Source: Eledone cirrhosa | Lineage: Eukaryota | Direction: 5' to 3' | DNA: 64,000 nt | Assembly: GCA_964016885.1 (NCBI GenBank) | Contig: OZ024743.1 | Coordinates: 335,358,001-335,422,000, forward strand | Shown here: positions 1 to 13,902 of the stretch, piece by piece | How positions within the stretch are numbered: the stretch's first letter is position 1 | Layout: the number at the start of each line of letters is the position of its first letter | Position numbers and translations under genes: made by a program | The notes under the pieces: model-generated | What the model was told of the DNA's origin: nothing | Database searches by the model: none | What the model saw: only the letters and a program-made list of their open reading frames with translations

Positions 1-124
1 AAAGTTGCGAGTGTAAAGAAATTTAGATAGATTGTATAGAAAAGTGTGGACGGTCAAGGAAGATTAAAGTTTGAGCAAAAGGGGTGAAGATATCAGTGTG
101 TTATATCTAGTAGAATAGTATAGA

Positions 125-352
125 TTCTATACTATTCTACAATTGGCATTTGGCATTCTACAATTGGCTATTACCACCAGTAGTCACTGAAACTTACATT
201 CATACCGTTCTTATTTAATTCCATTAATTTTGTAATTGCCGTAATCTAAATGATAAATTATTAATTAATACAGGAGCTAGCCTTTATGAAGGCCGCACAA
301 GAAACTCACGGAGGCCGCATGCGGCCTCAAGGTGGCAGGTTCCCCACCTCTG
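125..352. mobile_element. Remnant non-autonomous hAT-like insertion
   Basis: Absent from the mirror arm (2385-2420). Right end reads CAGAGGTGGGGAACCTG on the minus strand (hAT-type TIR). GTATAGA(A) is duplicated at 118-124 and 353-360. Confidence 0.55.
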
Positions 353-773
353 GTATAGAACAATCCTAAATATTTGATATTTCTTTGTTCAAGAGGAATA
401 ATTTGTACTCAGAATAGAACAAGTAGAGGAATATAGATGGAACCAAAGAAAAGTAAAATTTAGATAAAAAAAATTTATATAGGTAAGAAAATAATAAAAT
501 GTGTGTAAGTATTGTGTTAGAGTGGTCAGTATGAAGTTTTACGTGTAGGGAATTTTATTTTCGAATAAGAAATCTAATTAATACTCTTATTTTCTTAATA
601 GGTTTAAATGCATGTCTGTTTTGTTAGAGTGTTGAATATAATGTAATATATAGTGCTCATTAATAGTTAATTATTTAAAACAGTTATAGGGATGAGATAT
701 AGGATTGAATCTATGGATTAATTCTAATAGGAAAAAAAATGTATATACACACACATACACACACACATACACG

Positions 774-844
<71 letters not shown>

Positions 845-883
845 TATATTAATAAATGGAAACTATATTTATAAAACCATAAT

Positions 884-949
884 TATTTTATTATATATAT
901 TTCAAGGGCACCCAAGGCAAATTTTGGTGCGCTTTCATGAGATAAAATA
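884..949 (-). ncRNA. Degenerate type I hammerhead motif (family E)
   Basis: tattttat-CTCATGA-stem II-GAAA-tatata-TA-ataaaata. G5 is mutated to C, so probably inactive. Homologous to 54368-54432. Confidence 0.6.
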
Positions 950-1649
950 CAAAATTTGTTTATAAATGTTGACATACCCACCGAAGAACAACCTTGACGG
1001 TTGGAGGTTCGCTGGATAGTGGGAAAATGTTATTGAGGGTGATTCAAAGTTATGTGTGAGTATGCAAATGAATATCCGAAAAAATTGAAAAAAACAACGG
1101 TTTATTTAAATTTTACTGTTGGACGAAGAGGGGGGAGAGAGAGAGAAAAGAGAGAGCGAGAGAGAGAGAGAAAGAGAAGAAAAAAAGAGAAAGAAAAAGA
1201 GAAAGAAGAAAAAGAAAAAGAAAAAGAAAAAGAGAGGAAGAAACAAGAGAGAGCGAAAGAAAAGAAACGAAATGCATAGTAATGATGAAAAAAGTTAAAG
1301 AGGAAACGAGTGAAGAAATAAGCTTATCAAGGGATGAATCCATATCTCGTAAATACATTTTTTTGTTATGTTTATATAAAAAAAATATGATAAGATAAAA
1401 ATGGTAAATTAATGATAATGATAAATTAAAAATAGTGTTAAATTCCAAAATAAGGATATTAAAGATGCATTTAAAATGTTATGTCATGTAATAGAATCTA
1501 TAACATGACATATAATTTATCATCTATAATATAGATGATAAATTATTTAACTGTATAATGTTTTAGATTTAAAGAAACATTGAAAATCAAGATTTGTTTA
1601 CTTATTAGTTATTATGTTTGTTGAATTCCAACAAATTAAAAGTAACCTT

Positions 1650-1704
<55 letters not shown>

Positions 1705-1971
1705 TTTTATATTTTTTCTTTATTTGTTTAGTTGTCTTTATAATACTTGAATGTCTTTCTAATTCTATGGTTACATGCGATAATTAACTCCTGTCTTTTA
1801 TTTAATAGAATGTCTTTCGACTTAGTAATTTCAAAAATTACTAAATCGAAAGACATTCTATTAAATAAAAGACAGGAATTAATTATCACATGTAAATGTA
1901 ACCACACAATTAGAAAGACATTCAAGCATTATAAATACAACTAAAAAAATAAAGAAAAAATATAAAAAAAA

Positions 1972-2003
<32 letters not shown>

Positions 2004-2715
2004 ATACATTATTTTTGCTATTAGAATTAATCCATAGATTCAATCCTATATCTCATCCCTATAACTGTTTTAAATAATTACTATTAATGAGCACTATATA
2101 TTACATTATATTCAACACTCTAACAACACTTTAACAGACATGCATTTAAACCTATTTAGAAAACCAGATTATTAGTGAGATTTCTTATTCGAAAATAAAA
2201 TTCCCTACACGTAAAATTTCATTCTGACCACTCTAACACAATACAATACTGACACAAATTTTATTATTTTCTTACCTATATATTTTAAATCTAAATTTTA
2301 CTTTTCTTTTGTTCCTGCTATATTCCTCTACTTGTTCTATTTTTAGTACAAATTATTCCTCTTGAACAAAGAAATAACAAATATTTAGGATTGTTCTATA
2401 CTATTCTACTAGATATAACACACTGATATCTTCACCCCTTTTGCTCCAACTTTAATCTTCCTTGACCGTCCACACTTTTCTATACAATCTATTTAAATTC
2501 CTTTACACTCGCAACTTTCTTTTCTATTCTTAAAGGTCATTCGAAACCTCATCCCCTGACTGCTAATTTATTCATCTACTACTGTCAGCTTAATTATCTA
2601 TATTGCCCCTTCCTATTTTTACTATTGGTCAATCTCAACCTTGTTCTTAAAAGGTTACTTATTCATACATGTTTTTATATTCTTCAATAAACAAAACTCA
2701 TTATTTCTGAAGACG

Positions 2716-2899
2716 GCGGTGGATTGGCAGTATCGGTAGAGGGTCGGACACTATGCTTTGACGCATAGAGTTACGGCCCTTGCCATTCTGAGTTCAAATC
2801 GCGCCGAGGTTAATTTTGCCTTTATTCCTTACGGGGTCGATAAAATAAAGTACCAGTAATGCACTGGTTAATTGCTGGCCTTGTGCAATAGTAGAAACA
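2716..2899 (+). mobile_element. tRNA-derived SINE, full length (Meta-domain-like core)
   Basis: A box TGGCAGTATCGG, B box GAGTTCAAATC, core GCCTTTATTCCTTACGGGGTCGATAAAATAAAGTACCAG. 16-bp TSD ATTATTTCTGAAGACG at 2700-2715 and 2900-2915. Confidence 0.9.
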
Positions 2900-3034
2900 A
2901 TTATTTCTGAAGACGCCGGGTAGGGAAGACGTATGTATATTTTCTTACTTTGATAATTTGTAATATATTTTACATAGATCACTAATAGAATGAACACACG
3001 GAGAACTACCCTCCTGAAACGATCGTAAAATAAT
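2900..3034 (+). ncRNA. Type I hammerhead, family A (long stem II)
   Basis: attattt-CTGAAGA-..gggtag...ctaccc..-GAAA-cgatcg-TA-aaataat. Confidence 0.8.
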
Positions 3035-3227
3035 GAGTTTTAGTATGAATTACCCGTATTTTACCCGTATTTCATTGTTTTCACTATTTGTATTATTTTG
3101 ACTCTGTCTCCAATGAATTATATCGTTAAAATTTTGCATTTTAAACTTTGCTTCACGACATCTTCTACATACAGATTACATTGAGTTCTTCATACGGCTT
3201 GGATCCTACCATTAATTGGTGGATTTA

Positions 3228-3271
<44 letters not shown>

Positions 3272-4080
3272 GAGAGAGAGAGAAAGAGAGGGAGAGATAC
3301 GTATGTGTAAGCATTCAATTAGAAATCGATTGACATATATATAAAATAAACATATGAAACAAGCACGGGATAATTTGTAAAAATGTAAGCACACATAGCT
3401 ACGTAGGTAACCAATTAAAGTTTAACGAGAACTTCAAATATAGATAGATACCTTTTAAAAATGATTAATCTGCTTTGTATAGATTTCATTAAATAAAGAA
3501 ATATATTTCACCATCAATTCGTAAATCCCAGTAGTCAAATACGGATCTTCAGGAAAGGAGAAGATTCAACTATCTGTCTTTACACAGCAAATGCAAATCT
3601 AGAAGCACGTGTTGCATTTCAAAAAAAAAATACACACATCGTACCAACATTATCCCAGTGGGGTGAATAGGATTATCGACAGCTAGGAATAGCAGCCAAT
3701 TCCTTTCAACTGAGTAAGCTCGACAATTAAGGAGCCGTATATATAACCAAATTTAAATTAAGGATGTCTGATAAACATTCGCCATAACCTCTGTAGAATT
3801 TGCTCTAAGATCCTAATGGATAGATCGTAGCATTTATAAGCATTCAATTAGAAATAGATTGACATATATATACATAAAATAAGCATATGAAACAATCACA
3901 GGGGATAATTTGTAAAGAGTGTAAGCACACATTGCTAGGTAGGTAACTAATTAAAGTTTAACGAGAACTTCAAATATAGATAGCTGTTAAAAATACCTTC
4001 TACAGAGGTTATGGCGCATGTTTCTCATACATGATATCCTTAATTTAATTTTGGTTATACATACATGCATATATATATAT

Positions 4081-5352
<1,272 letters not shown>

Positions 5353-5598
5353 TACATATATATTTATATGTATATATTAAAATTAAATGGAAATCAACAC
5401 ACCAAACGGCATAGCTCAATGAAAAGATATATTAGTCTAGCGCTTGATGTAGTTGGTAAAGAGCCTTAACTTTTTCTGATGTTAGTTCTTCATCAGTCGA
5501 TAGAAAGAGAAATAAAAGGAAAAATAGAAAGATATTGGAGAGGGAGAAGAAACGGGACAATAATTGGATAAAAAAACCACATATGTGACTAGGTCGAC

Positions 5599-6020
<422 letters not shown>

Positions 6021-6271
6021 AATGGTATACAAGCTCCTACATAAATTGGTATAATTTCACCCAAATTGTAGGAATCCTATAATGAAACGAGACGTCCGTC
6101 TGGGAAGAGATATATTAGATATATCTCATTTGAAATAATACAGCCAACTTTCCACGCAATACGTTTAGTTAGCACCCCGAACACATAATTGATAATATAA
6201 TCACTTATTTCCTAATGTTTGTTGAGTGAGTTGGAATTTGGCCGGAGTATCGCTAAAAAGCTTTCTCCGAT

Positions 6272-6971
<700 letters not shown>

Positions 6972-7539
6972 ATTGAACCCAGTATTTTATTCAAAGCCAT
7001 AAATGCTCTTGTTGAGTGAGATCAAAGTGAACAAAATTTAGTTTTGGGATCTATGAATCTCGCTAACTTGGGTACCAAAATTATTTTTATGTAAACAATT
7101 CTGATCATGATTAGCTCTTAAGATCCTGTGCCACATGCGGCCATGTTAGCAAGGCATTCTTTGAAAATACAAAACAGCACTATCACTGCATCACACTGAA
7201 CATATTTACTTTAGATTACTGAACATTTTTACAACATCCGTTTACTAGTTTAGTTACTACAAAAATTTGAATTGGAAATCACGTTTCAGATATTTTCTGT
7301 TAAATCCTTTTCCGGATGATAAAAGAATAACTTCTTAAAATTTCTTCTTGTTTACCTTCGTTTTTCTTCATGTAAATATCTTGAGAATGTGGAATATATG
7401 AATATAAACATAATACTATTTTACGACAAAAAAAAAGAACCCACCTAGTTTAGGTGATTTTGAAATTAAAATTAATTCCTGTGGTGTGTGAACATAGAAT
7501 TGAATATATATATATATATCTTTTTCTCTCTCTCTCTCT

Positions 7540-7590
<51 letters not shown>

Positions 7591-7591
<1 letters not shown>

Positions 7592-8465
7592 GAGTTATGT
7601 CAGAAAAGTTCCAGGACTGATGTCACAAAACATTTATTTCAAACCCAAACTTCACACTAAGAGTTTTCTCCTTCAAAGTAATGCCCCTAGAGTCTAATGC
7701 ATTTTTCCATCCTTTTCTGCACTCCTGGAAGGATTCTTCCGGGATCCTCCGCAGTTCCGTCGTCACGGCCTTTTTGATGTCGTCCACGTCTTCAAAACGG
7801 GTCCCCTCAGCGTCGTACTGATCCATGACTCATCACCGGTGATGACTGTCCCTAGCAAGTCTGGTTCGCTTTCAAGACGCTCGAGGATGTCCTGGCACAC
7901 TTACATGCGTCGACACCTCTGGTCATCGTTCAGCAGTTTTGGCACCATCTTCGCGCATACTTTCCGCATGTCCAAATCTTCAGTTAGAATCTTCCAGACG
8001 TTGTCCCGATTCATGCCCAGCTCATTTGCCATCAGTCGAACAGTCAGCCGACGATCGCTACGCACCATCTGCCTGACGCGCTCAACGTTGACCTCAGTCC
8101 TGGTTGTTGAGGGACTTCCGCTTCTGAGGTCATCTTCCACGTCCTCACGTCCTTCTCTAAACCTCCTGCACCACTCAAAAACACGTGAGCGTGACATCGT
8201 CTCATCTCCATAAACTTGCTGCAGCATTCCCAGTGCTTCTGACGGAGTTTTCAACTTGTTCGATGCTCTGTGCTCATTGCTTGACGACCTGAAACAGAGG
8301 ACATGTATATACAATTATGAAGAAAAAAGTTTGATCGCTGCAGAGAGCTAATATTACAGTTACATACCCCAGGGAGATTACTTTGAAGGAGAAAGCTCTT
8401 AGTGTGAAGTTTGGGTTAGAAACAAATCTCTTGTGACATCAGTCCTGGAACTTTTCTGACACCCG

Positions 8466-8468
<3 letters not shown>
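7591..8468 (-). mobile_element. Internally deleted mariner (Tc1/mariner) DNA transposon
   Basis: ORF 7901-8314 encodes the mariner N-terminal HTH (VYGDETMSRSRVFEWCRRFREGREDVEDDLRSGSPST; KMVPKLL, a WVPHEL-like linker). 7623-7826 encodes the C-terminus (GTRFEDVDDIKKAVT). The DDD core is missing. ~100-bp inverted ends with TA flanks. Confidence 0.9.
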
Positions 8469-8514
<46 letters not shown>

Positions 8515-8519
<5 letters not shown>

Positions 8520-8666
8520 GTAGAACACTGGAAGGTAATATCCGTAGTGGTAGAGTACTAAGTCCATGGGACGAGTTAGGTAGAAGTGGTTACACATTAC
8601 GAGCTGAAGATCCGCTAAGGTGAAACAATTGTTCTCGGTATGGTGAACTAACTGTTGTGTAACCAC

Positions 8667-8671
<5 letters not shown>
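8515..8671 (+). mobile_element. 157-bp family H module with compact hammerhead (8600-8637)
   Basis: cgag-CTGAAGA-tccgctaaggt-GAAA-caattg-TT-ctcg; internal IR TAGAAGTGGTTACACA/TGTGTAACCACTTCTA; (TA)n on both sides. Second copy at 41662-41814. Confidence 0.8.
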
Positions 8672-8716
<45 letters not shown>

Positions 8717-8771
8717 GTGTGTGTGTGTGTGTTTAGAAAAAGAGAGAGTGTGAGACGGGGAGAGAGAGAGG

Positions 8772-8823
<52 letters not shown>

Positions 8824-8972
8824 ATAGGAGGTTAGACTTGCAGCTTGTTATGAAACTTTATTGCATATTACAACTGTTTCTATATCGATCAGCTCAGGTT
8901 TGATCAAGCGATCGGATCCGGGCTCTTAATCGACACTTCTACAGTTATGCGAAATTACATGGGTGGTCCCAC

Positions 8973-9046
<74 letters not shown>

Positions 9047-9047
<1 letters not shown>

Positions 9048-9360
9048 AGATAAATCTACCAATATATACGGTAGTGTCCAATCCGTATGAAGAACTCAAT
9101 GTAATCCAAATATCATGAAAATAGAAGATTCATTTAAAACTTTCGATGAAAATCACAGGAAAACAGAGTCAAGATTATTTCTGAAGACAGCATATATATG
9201 TGAAGGTATGTATATTTCCTCTGAGAGTTTGTAATATTTTTACATAGATCTATATGATATACATACCAACACACATATATATCCTAGAAACGATCGTAAA
9301 ATGATGAATTTTTTAATATAAGGAACTTGTTCTTTTTTTATATTCATTGTTTTTATTAAT
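9047..9360 (+). mobile_element. Family A pLTR module with hammerhead 9174-9305
   Basis: attattt-CTGAAGA-long stem II (atatatatgtg..ggtatgtatat / atatacatacc..acacatatatat)-GAAA-cgatcg-TA-aaatgat. 9047-9173 is the inverted terminal extension seen at 12002-12140. Confidence 0.8.
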
Positions 9361-9376
9361 ATATATATATATATAT

Positions 9377-9862
9377 TAAAATAACAGATAAAAGTTTAAG
9401 CAATGATTCGCTGCTTTCCCCCTTAACGGTATCTTCTGAAACTAACAAAGTCAATCTGTAAACGCAGAAGTGGATATTTCAAAAAACGTCGCAACCGGAG
9501 GAAGACAGGAAGACGATACGCCATCTTGTTTCTGTGTGTGAACACACAGAAACAAGATGGCGTAGGACAGAACAAAGGAGAGGCACAAAAACAAAGAAAT
9601 GAATCCCCAGTCACTGAAGAGGTCACATAATGAGTGACGAAAGAACTTTGACAATATATAAACAACCATCTGGTTGTGGAACCAACCAATCAACCGGAAA
9701 TTTATAAATTCATAAATTCATAAATTTATTATAATAAATTGAAGTGAAAGCAACTGGTGCGTGTGTTCCTTATTGGCAACATCACCCTCCCAAAGTATAA
9801 CAATATCGGTTTCAACACACGTTTTCAGATAAAGAATCTTGTTAAACAAATTTAGAAACGAA
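9377..9862 (+). mobile_element. Family K pLTR-like repeat with hammerhead 9610-9652
   Basis: gtca-CTGAAGA-ggtcac..gtgac-GAAA-gaac-TT-tgac. Homologs at 10745-11197, 62410-62477 (partial) and 63372-63840. Confidence 0.8.
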
Positions 9863-9927
9863 ATATATATATATATATATCACAGAAAAAAGAGAATCAG
9901 TGTTGCGACGCAAGGAATTTATTGGAC

Positions 9928-10016
9928 ACATTACAATTGTTTCTCGGGTGACCAGCTCGAGGGACGATCGATATGGTGATCAAACCTGACTCTGAAATCG
10001 CGCGGTCCTCGGATAT
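9928..10016 (-). ncRNA. Type I hammerhead, family I
   Basis: atat-CCGAGGA-...-GAAA-caattg-TA-atgt; homologous to 18977-19069(+). Confidence 0.65.
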
Positions 10017-10019
10017 CAA

Positions 10020-10066
<47 letters not shown>

Positions 10067-10117
10067 AACAAAGGATGGTTAAAGGAGTTCCACAAAAGAT
10101 GGTTAAAGGAGGTCCAT

Positions 10118-10413
<296 letters not shown>

Positions 10414-10687
10414 AGAATATTTTCTTTATAAAACCTAACAAATCTCAAAAAATGTTTTTTTAATATCCTAGGCAATTATTCAGAATCGTAACAATACATT
10501 ACACAGTCAGTTGTATCTATGGGTGGAAAGAATTTACTGATTTCCAACAACCAAAAATTAGCATACCTCCTGTGTGTAGGCTGGAATTAGTGTGTGTATG
10601 TATGGATGTGTGTGTGTTTGGGTGTATGAGTGAGAGACAGTGTGCGTATCAGTGTTAGGTTGTTTAGTAGCTTTATGTATGTGTGTG

Positions 10688-10744
<57 letters not shown>

Positions 10745-10748
<4 letters not shown>

Positions 10749-11193
10749 CGATCTTGAATTTGTATTGCAAGATTTCTTATCTGAAAACGTGTGTTGAAAC
10801 AGATATTGCTATACTTTGGGAGGGTCATAACTAACAAAACGAAGCAGACACACACAGATATAACAAACAAGCCGCTATCGACAAGTAAATAAACGCATAA
10901 ATAAATAAATAAACACACACACACACCCTGATGTAATGCATGCGCAAACTAAGCACACAATACACAGCATACAAAAACAAGATGGTGTCGGACAGAACAA
11001 AGGAGAGACACAAAATAAAAACCTAGTCACCGAAGAGATCACACAATATGTGACGAAAGACCTTTGACAATATTTAACCAGCCTTCCGGTTATCGAACCA
11101 ACCATCCAACCAACCGGAAACTTATAAAAAATTGAAGTGAAAACACAGGTGCGTGTATTTCTATTGGCAGCATGACTCTCCCAATGTATGACA

Positions 11194-11197
<4 letters not shown>
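10745..11197 (+). mobile_element. Family K copy with inverted 5' piece; hammerhead 11026-11068
   Basis: gtca-CCGAAGA-gatcac..gtgac-GAAA-gacc-TT-tgac. Confidence 0.75.
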
Positions 11198-11291
<94 letters not shown>

Positions 11292-11501
11292 TAAAAGGAA
11301 TTCCAACTTTGTCTGATTTACTCGTTTTATTTACATTCCTTTAAAATTATAATCGTATTCGAATGAAATAGTATGGTACAATATTAAATGTTAAATGTTA
11401 ATTGAACAAGTACTTTCATGCTTTCGCAATCTTCAGGTTCATATTCTGTGGTGACAGTCAAATTTGCAATTTTCAAATGTATATTTATATATACGTATAT
11501 T

Positions 11502-11582
<81 letters not shown>

Positions 11583-11589
<7 letters not shown>

Positions 11590-12136
11590 TAAAAAAATAA
11601 TGAATAAAACAATGAAACAGTTCCTTATATTAAACAAAAAAAGTTCATTATTTAACGATCGTTTCTAGGATATATATGTGTTAGAATTGGCATGTATATT
11701 CAACAGATCTATGTACAAAATTATACAAAATTATACAAACTATCAAAATTAAATATACATACCAACACATATATATGCCGTCTTCAGAAATAATCTGAAG
11801 ACGGCATATATATGTGTTGGTATGTATATTTAATTTTGATAGTTTGTATAATTTTGTATAATTTTGTACATAGATCTGTTGAATATACATGCCAATTCTA
11901 ACACATATATATCCTAGAAACGATCGTTAAATAATGAACTTTTTTTGTTTAGTATAAGGAACTGTTTCATTGTTTTATTCATTATTTTTTTAATATTTTA
12001 TCTTGACTCTGTATTCCGTTTATCTTTCACCGAAAGTGATTTTTCATTGCATCTCTTCTTTCCATGATATCCGGATTACATTGAGTTCTTCATACGGATT
12101 GATTGGACACTACCGTAAACTCTTGGTAGATTTATC

Positions 12137-12140
<4 letters not shown>
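11583..12140. mobile_element. Family A fold-back element (near-perfect ~205-bp arms) with opposed hammerheads
   Basis: 11583-11787 mirrors 11795-12001. Complete hammerhead at 11647-11794(-); the plus copy 11795-11935 lacks its 5' stem I strand. Unique extension 12002-12140. Confidence 0.9.
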
Positions 12141-12222
<82 letters not shown>

Positions 12223-12400
12223 CATATATATATATTTATATATATATATATACATATATATAATATATATAAATATATATATATATTTATATTTCTGAGG
12301 GTTCTAAACCCCACTATCAGGCTAAAATCTCTATAGTAAAAAAATACGGTGAAACCTTCTATTTTCTAATTTCAAACTTGCTCACTGTTTCCAAACATAG

Positions 12401-12462
<62 letters not shown>

Positions 12463-12526
12463 AAAAAGGATGAAATCGAAAATGCAACTGGAGTCTTTAT
12501 TTTTTAAATATATATTTATTTGGTTC

Positions 12527-12562
12527 CTTTACCGGTTTCGCAGTTCATCTGCTTTTCAAAAG
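12527..12562 (-). ncRNA. Minimal hammerhead with U3-A8 core (family L)
   Basis: ctt-TTGAAAA-gcag-atgaa-ctgc-GAAA-ccgg-TA-aag, inside a short module between (TA)n tracts. Confidence 0.65.
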
Positions 12563-12604
12563 TAGAATTCAAATGCAGGGTTTGAGCTTTTATATATATA
12601 TATT

Positions 12605-12738
<134 letters not shown>

Positions 12739-13159
12739 CGTGCGAGGTTACCCTATACATCTAGGTGTATTTTATGGAGGCGAGATCTATATTCTTATAT
12801 TGATTATTTATTAAGTATTTTTAGCCATTTTCGTTTTGGCTCTATTAATTTTCCTTTGGAAGTAATTCTATAATTTTCTTGTTGAAAATTACATATTTTT
12901 ATATTGGGAGAAATATTTCATGTTTATATTTAAATGTGTTCCAACTAAATATGTGTGTGTACTAGAAATATATTGGAAATGAAATAATTTATAATTGTAC
13001 CTCAATGATGGCAACTCCGATTTCAATACTAATTGTTTTATTTTCAAGTAACACTTATTTGACCTGTGATTTTCCCTCTATAGCTCCATTTAGTACATCA
13101 TGTAGCTTTAATCAACATTGCAATTTAGTCATAAACATACACATACTCACCTGCACATA

Positions 13160-13630
13160 CACACAATACATTTCCTTCGAGGAAAGCCGTATTTAATGGA
13201 CAACAGAAATTTGAAAAATATCGTGAGGGGCATGGAATATGAAAGACGGGTCTGCCTAAAGTTCTATATGACATTACTTTACTTGCATTTTCAGATGTCC
13301 AAAATGATTTTGTGTGCAATGAGTGTGGCCGCATATTCCTCAGCAAAGCTGATCTTCTTAGACGCCGTGCACAACATGCATTAAACGTCATGTACAATGA
13401 TTGAAACCATATACAATAAGATGCCGGTTATGGCCACTTTCGTATTCCATCCCGTCGGAAGTGTTGAAAAGAATGTGCCTCTGTCGGTTGTCCACATCGG
13501 AGGTTCATCACGGCAGAAAGGAATGTAAATCCTTGGTAGGGCTTAACAGTCATCGTCGTGCCACCCATGTCTGAGAGGGGTTCAGGTGGTGATAATTCTT
13601 GAAATCGAGATGCAGCCATCTTGAATGAGT
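13160..13630 (+). mobile_element. Decayed 3' end of a LINE (probably RTE-like) with C2H2 zinc-finger remnants
   Basis: Translates FVCNECGRIFLSKADLLRRRAQH (13300-13380) and RKECKSLVGLNSHRRATH (13515-13568), with stops between; ends in a simple-repeat tail. Confidence 0.5.
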
Positions 13631-13678
13631 GCATGTATGCGTGTGTGTGTATATATATATATATATACACATACATGC

Positions 13679-13723
<45 letters not shown>

Positions 13724-13740
13724 CATGCATATGTATATAC

Positions 13741-13879
<139 letters not shown>

Positions 13880-13902
13880 CGTGTATATATATATATATAC
13901 AT

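Larger units (their letters stand above)
1..3230 (+). mobile_element. Fold-back 3' fragment of a Penelope-like element: endonuclease tail plus pLTR duplicated in inverted orientation around ~1833; left arm interrupted by other inserts
   Basis: 1-~740 is the reverse complement of ~2004-2519, and 1700-1830 mirrors 1836-1970. Both strands encode the PLE C-terminal motif 'KSKDILLNKRQELIITC.(C)NH'. Hammerhead at 2900-3034; ends in (TA)n. Confidence 0.8.

Noticed and set aside
2716-2800. Possible tRNA gene
   Set aside because: A and B boxes are present, but it continues into a repeated SINE body with a TSD and I could not fold a full cloverleaf.
6105-6145. CTGGGAAGAGATATA..TATATCTC..GAAA hammerhead-like hairpin
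   Set aside because: Core spacing is wrong and stems I and III do not form.
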